Shown in pieces: positions 38,320 through 49,700 of a stretch of DNA of 64,000 bases. This DNA comes from Minisyncoccota bacterium (lineage in GTDB: Bacteria; Patescibacteriota; Minisyncoccia; Phycocordibacterales; UBA2100): NCBI GenBank assembly GCA_022842645.1, contig JALHPE010000001.1:135711-199710 (forward strand), in the 5' to 3' direction. Under the pieces are notes generated by a model, which was not told where the DNA came from, searched no databases, and saw nothing but the letters and a program-made list of their open reading frames with translations. Position 1 is the stretch's first letter, and each line of letters starts with the position of its first letter. The translations under genes were made by a program, and so were the position numbers.

Positions 38320-39739
38320 ATTTACCTATATTATTGACCCATCCGAAAGTGCCTTGGAAGTTCTCCAGAATAATATCAATAATGTTTTTCTCTTTAAACG
38401 GCGTGATTAAGACGAAATCTTCAGAGACCGATGAATTACGCGCTTCGTCTGCACACTCCACCCAGAAACGATACACAGTTGAGGGCGCGAACCCAACGAT
38501 CACCTTGGTGTGCTCCGTAGAAGGACTTACTTCGATGGGAAGTGAGTCCCCCTCTCCACTCCCCGCGGCGCCTTGTGCATAAAAGACCTGACACACGGCG
38601 GGCTCATCGGTTTCCCACGAGACTATGGTCTGAATTTTGGTGTCTTCGCCCGGAAAAAGTGTTGATTCGTTCTTCACCTTCGCAATCGCAGGAGGGATAA
38701 CGTCGCGAATGGTTATGAAGGTAAAGGGATCGCTCGAGAGCGTGTCACCACTTTCGTTGGTAGCAGTAATAACTGCGGAATACCGTGTGCCAAATTCAAG
38801 GTCGGCAAGACGAATACTATGATTCGAGGCATAAATAGGGCTGCCCACGGATTTTTTTGCATTGGTGCGTGTGTTCGTATATTCCACCACACCCTTTGCA
38901 ACCACATCTGGCGTTGCCCAGCTCACCACTGCTGAGTCTTCTTGAATGCGAGTCACTTTCGCGTCGGAAATGCGCGGGAGAAGGGAGCGTGTTTTGAAGG
39001 TATCATCGGCAGTTTCGGCGGCGAGTCCCACATCATCTTGTGAGACCACCTTAAAGTGATAGGTGGTTGCCGGTTCAAGCCCGATCACCGAGACGCTGTG
39101 CTTCGTGACACGCTCGGTCGCGTCTCCTTGAGTAATAGTGTAGGGATTTTCTGCACCGGCACGATAGCCGCTCTCTGGCGCAAGATAGACCGCAGAACCA
39201 GATTCGCGATCGGTCGTCCAGGTAATCTCCGCACTATTCGTATCAACCACAACTTTCGTCGCACCGAGAATCGTCGGTGGTTTCAAGATATCCCCGGCTT
39301 TATCTTTAAGAGCTTCGTCCACCTCTTTAATATCCTCCGGGTCTTCAAGTTTGTTGATGTCTTTGATGATGCGCTGCACGAGAGAGTCGTCGCCTGCTTT
39401 TGTGGTAAAAACGAACGCGCCCGTTGCTGCCTTGTTCCCCGCCGCGTCCGACGAGATGACGCGGAAGTGGTAGGTCGTCGCGGGATCGAGGTTATCCAGC
39501 GTGAGTGAGTGCTTATTTTTGTCGAACAAGGGGTAGCGCACAATCCCCACATTCGCATCGAGACCGTAATTGATGGTCGCATCGGTGTTCACATCAGTCG
39601 TCCACTCCACAACCGCTGAGCTATTGTTGACAGACACAACCTTCACGTCACTAATTTCTGCGGCAAACGTGTGCGCGAAGAAAAACAACACCGCAAGGAG
39701 TACAAGCAAAAGAGCACTCTTTGCACGCAGAGAGTTCAT
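38318..39739 (-). CDS. Secreted protein with four fibronectin type III-like repeats
   Basis: Repeated SA.I.W.T...H.V.L..L.P.TTYHF.V.S.D pattern; signal peptide; amphipathic C-terminal tail. Confidence 0.88.
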   Translation of the reverse strand: MNSLRAKSALLLVLLAVLFFFAHTFAAEISDVKVVSVNNSSAVVEWTTDVNTDATINYGLDANVGIVRYPLFDKNKHSLTLDNLDPATTYHFRVISSDAAGNKAATGAFVFTTKAGDDSLVQRIIKDINKLEDPEDIKEVDEALKDKAGDILKPPTILGATKVVVDTNSAEITWTTDRESGSAVYLAPESGYRAGAENPYTITQGDATERVTKHSVSVIGLEPATTYHFKVVSQDDVGLAAETADDTFKTRSLLPRISDAKVTRIQEDSAVVSWATPDVVAKGVVEYTNTRTNAKKSVGSPIYASNHSIRLADLEFGTRYSAVITATNESGDTLSSDPFTFITIRDVIPPAIAKVKNESTLFPGEDTKIQTIVSWETDEPAVCQVFYAQGAAGSGEGDSLPIEVSPSTEHTKVIVGFAPSTVYRFWVECADEARNSSVSEDFVLITPFKEKNIIDIILENFQGTFGWVNNIGK

Positions 39740-39761
39740 TACTCTCTAGTTTAGCATTCGC

Positions 39762-40091
39762 TTAGCGGCGGGCACGCACAAACCACGTGAGGATGAGGAA
39801 TACCCCGAGCACTATGAGTGTCGTGTGTGGAGCGTCATAGAAATAGTAAGTAGCGGGGCGTGTGCATGAGAGATAGTCGGAAGAATTGCCGTCGCAGTAG
39901 CGGCCGCTCTCGAATCCAAAGAAGCCGATAAGAAAGAGTGCCGTGCCGAGAAAAAGATCCGACTCTCGCGCAGCAATACTCGCCCGCACCCCAAGCCAGG
40001 AAACGAGCCTGTCGAGGAGATACATAATGAACATCCCCATAACCCAAAACCTATTGCGCACACGCCCTATAAATGTCTGTGATTCTTCCAT
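39762..40091 (-). CDS. Small membrane protein with Cys-containing extracellular loop
   Basis: TM-YCDGN...SCTRP..YY-TM; TACAAT 6 nt before ATG 40091. Confidence 0.7.
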   Translation of the reverse strand: MEESQTFIGRVRNRFWVMGMFIMYLLDRLVSWLGVRASIAARESDLFLGTALFLIGFFGFESGRYCDGNSSDYLSCTRPATYYFYDAPHTTLIVLGVFLILTWFVRARR

Positions 40092-40127
40092 GCCGCTATT
40101 GTACACAGAAATACGTCTCTTGCCTCA

Positions 40128-40784
40128 TTATTCCCGCGCAGGTTCGCCGAGGGAGATGAGGGCTTTATCGACGCGTTCTCGGGCGGATTTGAGGCGTTCG
40201 TAGAGTCCAGCGCGAGTGTTGAATTGTTCCTCGACAAGCGGGAGTTCGCGGTTTAAATCTGCAGAATAGGCACTCGTGAGCTCTCCCCCATCCAAAATAA
40301 TACGGTTGAATATTTCTGCGGTGTGAAAATTGGCGCGATACGAGAGGCCGCGGATGTCGGCAATAATCGCAAACTCTTCCTCTGCGGCGGCGATAAGCTC
40401 CTTCGTCTCGTCACCTGCAGTGAATCCTCCACCCTTTTCTTCAAGATAGGTAATCGCCACTTGCACGCGATCACCTGCTTCCCCGATCGCATCAATCTGC
40501 GTCTCAACTTCTTTCAGAGCCTTCAAGCCCTCTTCAGCAAGAGCACGGCGTTCAGGAGGCGTGAGTGGACGCACCAAGACAGACGAGAGAATGGTGTTCA
40601 AGCGCTCACGCACAGGATTTTCTGGCACGCCGGGCACATACGCCGCCTGCAAATGCTCGAATGAGCGCGTGCTATATGACTCAACGGCGCGTGTACTATC
40701 CCCCGAGGAAATTCTAAGAAAATAGAACGCTGCGGCGGCGAGAGCGAGGAGCACTATAAGAATGAGAATGTATGAACGACGCAT
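40128..40784 (-). CDS. Membrane-anchored alpha-helical/coiled-coil extracellular protein
   Basis: N-terminal TM followed by helical heptad-rich sequence. Confidence 0.75.
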   Translation of the reverse strand: MRRSYILILIVLLALAAAAFYFLRISSGDSTRAVESYSTRSFEHLQAAYVPGVPENPVRERLNTILSSVLVRPLTPPERRALAEEGLKALKEVETQIDAIGEAGDRVQVAITYLEEKGGGFTAGDETKELIAAAEEEFAIIADIRGLSYRANFHTAEIFNRIILDGGELTSAYSADLNRELPLVEEQFNTRAGLYERLKSARERVDKALISLGEPARE

Positions 40785-40787
40785 ATT

Positions 40788-43700
40788 TTAATCAGATGTT
40801 GCAATAAAGGTGTTGGTACCTGCGTGCAATGTTGCCGCCGTACCCGACGGCACGTTGATGCCCCAATAGAGCTCGTCAGTAATCGGCGTTGAAGTTGATG
40901 TCGGCTTCGGAAGATCGAGCTCGAGATTTGCGGCGGAGCCGGTCAAGAACTGGCAGATCGCACACGCGCTGTAGGCGAAGGTGGTGGTGGCAAACTTCTG
41001 CTCACCGACCGCGATCGAGCTTGAGCCGTCAGTCAGATTGGTACCCGAGAGCTGAATGTCGATATTGGTATTCCCCGTGTTGCGAAGCGTCGTCGTTGCG
41101 TTCGTGGTTCCCGTGTTTTGCCCCACTTCAAGCGAGCCAAAATTGATACCGCTCGTGTCGAGCGAGAGTCCGAAGAGCGTGAGCATCTCAACCCCAATTG
41201 GCGTTTCGACGTCGCTTGCGCCACTCGCGTCCGTCACCTGTACACGCGAGAGCCAGTTTTCTGCAGCAAAGGAACTACCCGCATCCGTCGCATCAGCAAA
41301 GTAATAGATAGAAGCGGAGCACGAAATTGTACATGAGTTCCCCGAACAGTTGGAAAGCGAGCAGATGGTCTCTCCTGGTGGATAACAACTATTGAAGTCA
41401 GCACTGCACTGCGGCCCAACGCCTGAACGATAGAACGTGGAGGTGGAGGAAAGAATGTCGGCGAAGCCGTTCAAGTCAGAAACAGTGCCGGTTGCTGAAA
41501 TGGTAGTTGTCGCGCCTTCGGTGAGCGCAATATTATTCGCGCCATTTAACGTGAATCCGCTGATTTGCGGTGTATGGAGGAGTACCGCTTCTGCCACCTG
41601 TGCGTAGTTGTCGAATGCAATACCACCGTTTGTGCTGCGGAAACAGTAGGAATTTTGCACTGCATTTGAAGTGAGCTCGAAGTTGTATTCGATTTCAGTT
41701 GCAGCGTTTGTGGGAACTGAGCTGCTTGCTGATTGGTTAGAACTATCTTCTACCATGCGCCCCGCGACAAAGCTCTTATTCGCCGGGTAGCTGAGGAGTC
41801 CTGCGGTCGTGTCTTGATCGACGAAATTCGATGACGACTTCATACACGCAGGAGAGCTTCCACAACTGCCGGCGACGGGGACGTCGTTGTAATTCACGCT
41901 CGGCACTGATTCGCAGTTGAGAGATGCTCCCTTCGGGGCGACTTGGAGGCGGAAAAGTTGTCCCGAAAGTGGCGAGCCAGTGTTGAGAACTGAGAAGCGG
42001 AGGCGAATATTCTGATTTATCGCTTGACCAAGAAGCGTTGCATCTTCGGCAGCTTTCCACGTCGCACCGTTTGATGATTGTTCAAGACCAACAATGTACG
42101 AAGGATCTGCGCTTATATATGGCCGCGTCATGTACGAATCCCAGCCGCCATGTTGACCCCAGAAGCCGAAGCCCGCGCCGCCGGATGTGTACGAACTATC
42201 CGTAGTCGAGGCAGTCGCAAAGAGTGTGCCGCTGTCGGTATACACATACGCCTCAATAGTGTTACCCGAGAGCCAATCAACCTCAACCTCATACCAGCCG
42301 GTAGTGTACGAAACAGTCGTCGAGGCAAGCACGGTGCCGCTGCCATCGTTTGAGGTGACGTTTTCAGCGATAATGAGACGATCGGACGGGAACTGATCGA
42401 GACACACGGCATAATTCTGCGCCGAACCTTGTACCGCAAAATAGGTGCACGGCTCATCGTCAAACGACGCATCAACGTATTGGAAGAAGCGAATCGTTTC
42501 GCCCTGCGCCATAAGAGAACCGGTGCGACGAATACCGCTTGTGGTGCGATCGTCGACGTTTGCTCCCGCATCGAGGCCATATGAGCCGTGCTTATTGAAG
42601 GACGTGTCCACATCAAACGTGCTGGTGTCGCCGCTGTATTCAGAAATGTTGTCGTCTTCAAAGTCATCGAAGAAGCCGAAGGTGCCGTCGCCGTCGGACG
42701 CGCTCGATGCGCTTCCGTTGCCGTAGTAGACATAGACGAGCGCAGAACCAGATGCAGGGAGAGACGGCACACGCACCCACACTGTTGAGGTCGCCGAAGC
42801 AGAAACACTCTCAACCCAGAACGGTACCGTCGTGGTTCCCGTTGAATCTGTGAAGCGTAGGTCATCAAAGTCTGCCTGCATGTCGGCGTCGTATGCAAGT
42901 TCAATCTTCACCGGAAGGTTGCTCACCGCGCTTGCAGCGTTGTTCGTGATCGCGATGCGCTTGCGCTTACTCCACGCGGCATTAAACCACTCACTCGTAG
43001 GCACTCCTTCGCCGCCATCGTCGTTCCTCCAGCGGAAGTGTTCCTGACTCACAAAAAGACACGCGCTGTCCGACCAACGAACTGCACCACAATCATCAAC
43101 TCCGTCTGAATCGTACGCTTCCCCATCGAAGTTGCCCTGGGAATCGATGAATGTCCATGCACTCACGGGGGTTCCTGTGCGGGTCACGTTCGTGCCAGAC
43201 GAGACACCGCTTGAGGTAGCAAAGCGCACATTGCTAATCTGTAGGCTCGCATTTGCATCAATTGCTGTTCCGGCAAGTGTGAGCATGGCACCACCCGTAA
43301 GATCGAGCTCGAAGTCACCGTTTGAAAGACTTGAAATGGTTGGTGTCCCGGAGATACTTACACCGCTTGTATTGGTATTACGGAATTCGTAGTAGCTTGC
43401 ATTCAGTGTCCCGCCAGCAAGAGAGAATGCATACCGCCCAGTTCCTTGGACACGCACCGTCGAAGTTGCCCCTGCTTGTCCCACGATCGCGAGTGTTCCA
43501 CCACTAAACGCCACACTCGAACTCGACGCCACCCGCACATCCACCTGGCGACCCGAGCCACCAAGCGCAGTACCATCGAAGTCGGTTGCATAGCTCCAGT
43601 AGTCAGCGCCAGTTGAGCGGGTGTATTCCCCCCAGATGAAGAGATCCCCATCTTGAGCAGCATGATCTTGCGAGTAGAGAGAACCAGTTGCGTTCACGTT

Positions 43701-46700
43701 TGTCGTTGCTGCTGAGGAGTTCCACATGCGTACATCGGTGTTGGAGGCAATAGAAAGCGTGCCGTAGGTGTCTCCAGTGTTTGCTTTCGTGTTGAGTGAG
43801 TAAGAAGTGCCTGAGACAAGGGAGAGGGTTGAACCAGTCCAGGTGGTGGCTGCACCACCCACGCTATTGGTGAAGGTGCCGCCTACTGAGAGCGTGGTGC
43901 CGCTTGCTTGTGTAAATGATGCGGCGCTCGTGAGCGTGAAGGCGCTTGTGGTGGTGGCGTTACTATTGATGGTCCAGCCGCCGGTGGCGCTGTCAAACGT
44001 CACGTTTGCGAAGGAAGAAGATCCAGGGTTAATCGTCTTCCCTGTGGTAGTGGCAGTGAGGCGGAGTGTGCCTGAAGGCGCATTAAATGTTCCCGCAGAA
44101 GCATTGAGGGAGCCGGTCATAGTAGTTGTGCCAACAGCGAGCGTGGTACTACCTTGCACCCACGTCATATCGTTGACAGAAACATTAGTATCAAGGAAAG
44201 CCCAAGATCCGGTTCCGTCGAAGCGAATGTTGTAGAACGCGGATGAACCAGCGCGAATGGTGCGATTACTTACCGAAGAAGTAAAACGAAGCGTGCCCGC
44301 AGCATTTGTAAAGGTTCCACCTTGCGCATCAAACGATGCGCCGAGTGCGAGCGTGCCCGACGGCAGCGTCACCACGCCGGCATTAATCGTGAAAGATGTG
44401 CTCGTCGCATTCGTATCAAGGAATGTCCAGCTTCCTGCCGTGCTGCTTGCGACAAGCAACGCAAAGTTTGAACCATTTGCGCGAATCGTCTTTCCTGTGG
44501 TCGTCGCATTCAAAACAACCGCGCCGTTGTTGTGCATAAACGTGCCGCCGGTATTTCCGAACGAGCCGCCCACCGTGGTTGTTGCCGTTGCGAGCGTCAC
44601 GGTGCCATTCGTGATTGTAAGGTCGCTCGCCGTAGTGATCGTACTCGTCGAGAATGACCAGTTACCACCAGAGCCGTTAAAGGTGAGATTATAGAAGCTT
44701 GAACTTTGAGGATTGATTGTCTTCCCTGTTGTTGTCGCCGTGAACGTAACGGTCGAGTTTGCAGCGGTAAATGTCGCACCTGAGTCAAGTTCGAAGTTGC
44801 CGCCAATCGTGTGTGTCTGTGTGCCCGCAAAAAGAAGTGATGCGCTTGATTTCACGCGGAGCGATCCGTCCCACGCGCTTCCGGATCCGCCGGACTGAAG
44901 CGTTATATTTCCGGCTGGCGCAAATGTCTTTGTGTCCCACACAATAAGTTTCGTTTCCGGCGGAAGGACAAGTGTGTCTGTCGCAGCATCGGTCGCATTG
45001 AAGATGATGTCGGTGTCGTTGTCGGAATCATAAACCGCCATGCTTGCGATCGTAAGAGGCGACGTGTCTTCATGGCGCACAATGACGCGATTCTCATAGA
45101 GATGCATGTCGCTAATGTTCGTTATTGGGTCGCTCGAAACATTTACTGCTTTCCGCCCGCCGTTCGTATCGAGATAGAGCGTCAGAGTATCTCCTGGATT
45201 AAAGAAGACACTGGAGAAATTAAATGCGCCTGTTCCTGCATTACAAGAAGACGTTTGCGGCGAGCCGCCTTCAATAAGAAGACGCACAACTGGTGTTGAA
45301 CCATCACACACCGTACTCACGGTCGTACCTTCATCGGAATACACATTACCCGTGATTGTAATGTCGGACGCACTGTCATCCCAGCGGAGGTAACCGGGGT
45401 CGCCTGCCGGATCGTCATCATAGCTCTCGCCATAGAGCGAACCATAGTGGAGATTAAATTTCCACGAGCTTGCTGAGGTGCCAGTGGCGCGCACGTTCGT
45501 GCCACTCGAGATACCACTTGAGGTTGCGAATCCAACGCGCATAAATGTTTTCAAAGGATTCGCGTTAATGACAGAGCCAGCAACAGTCATAAGGGAACCG
45601 CCATTCACACTAAGCTCGAGATAGCCATCCGCAAGCGCAGAAATTGTTGGTGAACCCGAAAGCGCAAGACCGTTTGCATCGAGATTTCTCAATTCGTAAT
45701 GCGTTGCACTCAAGGTGCCGCCTGAAAGCGCAAACGAGAACGCGCCTGAGCCTTGCACGGCGAGTGTCGTTGATGCGGTTGTGGTGCCAATGATGTCGAG
45801 AACGCCTCCGGTAAATGAAAGCGACGAACTCGACGCCACCCGCACATCCACCTGGCGACCCGAGCCACCAAGCGCAGTACCATCGAAGTCGGTTGCATAG
45901 CTCCAGTAGTCAGCGCCAGTTGAGCGGGTGTATTCCCCCCAGATGAAGAGATCCCCATCTTGAGCAGCATGATCTTGCGAGTAGAGAGAACCAGTTGCGT
46001 TCACGTTTGTCGTTGCTGCTGAGGAGTTCCACATGCGTACATCGGTGTTGGAGGCAATAGAAAGCGTGCCGTAGGTGTCTCCAGTGTTTGCTTTCGTGTT
46101 GAGTGAGTAAGAAGTGCCTGAGACAAGGGAGAGGGTTGAACCAGTCCAGGTGGTGGCTGCACCACCCACGCTATTGGTGAAGGTGCCGCCTACTGAGAGC
46201 GTGGTGCCGCTTGCTTGTGTAAATGATGCGGCGCTCGTGAGCGTGAAGGCGCTTGTGGTGGTGGCGTTACTATTGATGGTCCAGCCGCCGGCTGCATTAT
46301 TAATGGTGACGTTAGCAAACGAAGAGCCTCCGGTGCTTATTGTCTCCCCCGTATCATTTGAATTAAATGTGACAGTACCGCCCGAGTGTGTGAAGGTGCC
46401 ACTGTTTGTCCAACTACCCCCCACCTGGAGTGCGCCGGTGTTTGATGCAATGAATGTTGAACTGCTCCCAATCGAAAGATTGCCAGAAACCGTAATTGAA
46501 GGATCATTCGTGTTGGCCGTAAGCGAAACAGGATTTGCGCCGCCGATCGTGACCGAGCTCGCAGACAGAATGCCGCCCATAAATACGTAGGATGGTGTCC
46601 CGCCAACCGAAGGTGCGAGCGCGAGCGCACTGTAGGTGGTGTCTGCAATATTCGTTGTCGTTGTTCCTGTGTAGAAAAACGGCGCGCTTTGCACAGTGAA

Positions 46701-49700
46701 GGTTCCGGCGATTGAGAACGGCGTTCCACTTCCGGCAAGCACCCACGGTGATGTTCCCGCTTCAAGGGTGCGCCCGCTTTCAATGCGAAGCACGTTCGTG
46801 ATGGTCGTTGTACCCGTTCCAGCTTTTGTTGAACTTCCCGTTCCCGAGCCAAAGGTAAGATTGTTGAAAATCCAGGCCGACGAGCCACCAAAACTTCCCG
46901 CACCAAGCGTGAACGTGCCGCTCGTCATTGCAATTGTGCCGTTCCCGGTGACACCCGCTGCTGCAACAACATTCCCCGTTCCTGAAATAGTGCCACTTGA
47001 GATTTGGAACATGTTATTCGCGGTTAGCTGTGCTCCGTCGAACGACCATCCGCCACCGCCGTTGAAGACGAGATTGTTGAACGACATCGCTGAAGCGGCA
47101 TTGATGCTCTTCCCTGTTGTGGTTGCGGTAAACGTGAAGGTTGAACTTGCCGACGTAAACGTCGCGCCACTTTCAGTGACAAACCCACCACCAACTGAAT
47201 GTGATTGACTCCCCGCAGCGGTGAAGACCGCACTGGCGCCGAGTGCGAAGCGCCCATCGCGCGCGTCTCCCGAGCCACCTGATTGCAGGGTCACATTTCC
47301 GCCGGGCGTGAATGTCTTCCCACCCCACACATAGAGTTCGTTCTCAGGCTGTACGACAAGTGTATTTGGGCTCCCTGTTGCGGCACTGAAGAACACGTCT
47401 GAATCGTTATCGGCATCGTAGGAAACAAGGTCGGCAACGGAAATTGGGGTCACGTCTTCATGGCGAAGGATGAGTGCGCGCTCGTAGAGATGGAATCCTG
47501 AGAGGTTACCTGTTGGTGTCTTTGTTACCGTGACTGCGCGCTTCCCACCATTAGTATCAAGAAATGCGGTCAAGACAGCATCGCCTGTAAACTCAACCCC
47601 AGAGATACTGAAAGCGCCGCTTCCCGCGTTACAACTGCCGCTATATGTTCCGCCACCCACGGCGATTTTCACGACTGGTGTTGTGCCGTCACACGGCGCT
47701 CCGATCGCCGTCGTGCCGCGATCACTATACACATTGCCGGAAACCGTAATCGAGAAGCCAGAGTCATCAAAGCGCACAAACCCAGGATTCCCACCCAGAT
47801 CACTGTCATATGCCTCGCTCGCATAGTTACCATAGTGATTCCTAAACCACACGTAAGAAATTGGTGTCCCCGTTGCCGTTACGTTGAAGCCTGACGAGAC
47901 TCCTGTTGATGTTGCAAACCGCACTTGTTGAATTTGAAGTGCTGGATTTTGATTGATGGTGCCCTGCGAAAGGGAGAGCATAGTTCCGCCCGTAGACCCG
48001 AGTTCGAAATCGCCCTGGGCAAGCGAAGTGACCGTCGTGGTGCCGTAAAGACCGAAACCGTTTGCGTCAGTATTGCGCACACGGTAATACTGTGCGTTAA
48101 CCGTGCCTTGCACCGAAAGCGCAAAAGTGCCTGAACCCTGATTCGCAACAGTTGTTGAGGCGACTGCATCACCAAGCATGCGCAGTGTTCCACCAATACT
48201 TACACTTGCGCTCGGCGCGATGCGCACATTCGCGGCACGACGACTACCGCCAGAAAGAACTGTTCCATCGAAATCGTTTGCATAGTTCCAATACTCATCC
48301 GAGCCGACATATTCCCCCCACACATACAGATCCCCATCCACCGCCGCATGATCTTGTGAGTAGAGGGAGCCGGTTGCGTTCACGGTGGTGGTTCCTGCAG
48401 AGGAGTTCCACATACGGACGTCGGTGTTAGCACCAAGAGAGAGGGTGCCGTAGGTGTCTCCAGTGTTTGCTTTCGTATTGAGTGAGTATGAGGTGCCGGA
48501 GACAAGAGAGAGTGTTGCGCCAGTCCAGGTGGTGTTTGTTCCACCCACGCTATTGGTGAAGGTGCCTCCCACTGAAAGTGTGGTGCCGCTTGCTTGTGTA
48601 AATGATGCGGCGCTCGTGATCGTGAAGGCGCTTGTGGTGGTGGCGTTGGAGGAAACAGTCCAGCCGCCGGTGGCACTGTCAAACGTCACGTTTGCGAAGG
48701 AAGAAGATCCAGGGTTAATCGTCTTCCCTGTGGTAGTGGCGGTGAGGCGGAGTGTGCCTGAGTTGGCAGTGAAGGTGCCGCTTGTTGCAAGAAGCGAGCC
48801 ACCGAGTGAGAGTGTGCCGCCCGGAAGTGTTGCAGCACCGTTTTCGAAATTGAGATTATTTGCAACTGTCGCATTTGTGTCCACAAACGACCATGAGCCG
48901 GTTCCAGCAAACGTGAGTGTGTACACGTCTGAACTGTTGAGACGCACTGTTTGTGCACCCGAAGCAGTGAGACGGAGTGTGCCGTTATTATGCGCAAACG
49001 ATCCGCCATTTTTTGCAAACGAGCCGCCGACAGCAAAAGTACCCGAAGGAAGTGTAAGCGTCCCGTTCGAGATGGTCACATGTCGAGAGCTTGTTGCGTT
49101 CGCACTCGTGAACGACCACGAGCCAGTGCCGTCAAAGGCCATATCAAAAAACGAGGAGGAACCGGGTGTGATTGTTTTTGCTGAACTTGCATTGAAACGC
49201 ACCGCGCCGTTGTTGTGCATGAAGGTCGCCGCGTTTGAGAATGAGCCGCCGATGGTAGTAGTTGCAGTCGGAAGCGTCACCGTCCCATTCGTGATCGTGA
49301 AGTCGTTGGTCGTTGTGGCGACGCCTCCCGAAAACGCCCAGTTGCCGCCCGTACCGTTGAACGTAAGATTGTAGAAGCTGGAATTCCCGGGTGTGATTGT
49401 TCTGCCTGTAGTAGTTGCCGTAAAGGTGACGGTACCATTCTGCGCCAGAAACGCATTGTTGTTTGTCCAGTTACCGAGAACCTCAAGTGCGTAGTTATTA
49501 TCAACACTGAAGGTATCATCCGCGCCAATCGTAAGATCAGTAACTTTGGCCGCAGCACCGAGTGTGATTGTTTTACTGGTGCCATCAATAACCACGCGCC
49601 CCAGGTCTTGTTTTAGGGATGTGGAGTCAGTCCAGATACTTGTCCCCGTACCATCAAACGTGGTCGTTGCACTTCCCTTCGCAAAAACACCATTCGCACC

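Noticed and set aside
43518-48761. Diversity-generating retroelement TR/VR pair
   Set aside because: No reverse transcriptase in the window, and the copies are identical or differ without an evident adenine-specific pattern
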